A stretch of DNA of 32,000 bases from NCBI RefSeq assembly GCF_900079115.1, contig NZ_LT549890.1:210001-242000 (forward strand). Direction: 5' to 3'. Under the pieces are notes generated by a model that saw nothing but the letters and a program-made list of their open reading frames with translations, was not told where the DNA came from and made no database searches. This document shows, in pieces, positions 31,985-32,000 of the stretch. This DNA is from Saccharolobus solfataricus. Lineage in GTDB: Archaea; Thermoproteota; Thermoprotei_A; Sulfolobales; Sulfolobaceae. Both the position numbers and the translations under genes were made by a program. The stretch's first letter is position 1, and every line of letters starts with the position of its first letter.

Positions 31985-32000
31985 GATATTTTTTTAATTT

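Overview
This AT-rich, tightly packed window reads as core chromosome of a Sulfolobaceae crenarchaeon (Saccharolobus/Sulfolobus solfataricus-islandicus type), centred on the oriC1 replication origin. From memory, the gene order radA ... cdc6-1 ... tfe ... PAN ... tfb3 ... thsB matches the S. solfataricus P2 SSO0250-SSO0282 neighbourhood, but I could not run a search. About 40 protein genes are housekeeping: purine synthesis, aromatic and branched-chain amino acids, RadA, Orc1/Cdc6-1, tRNA and rRNA modification, transcription factors, a proteasome module, HisRS and thermosome beta. Several features are not in the ORF track. They are tRNA-Ala(UGC), tRNA-Val(GAC), a roughly 306-nt RNase P RNA, a 55-aa Sec61-beta gene, and three origin recognition boxes flanking an AT-rich unwinding region. 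I see no CRISPR array, no tandem repeat array and no obvious multi-gene defence or mobile island. The points most worth follow-up are these. (1) An N-terminal fragment of an SSV-type integrase reads into tRNA-Val, a footprint of a lost or degraded integrated element, next to about 1.2 kb of poorly explained AT-rich DNA. (2) A complete but motif-variant C5-cytosine methyltransferase has no partner nuclease. It is translationally coupled inside a transcription/translation operon and to an uncharacterised 154-aa protein. (3) Three enzymes (NMNAT, Trm56, a PUA protein) encode conserved N-terminal segments upstream of the first in-frame ATG/GTG/TTG. (4) Promoters of RNA genes and of tfb3 are embedded in neighbouring coding sequence. 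All family assignments come from motif recognition by eye, not from database searches.
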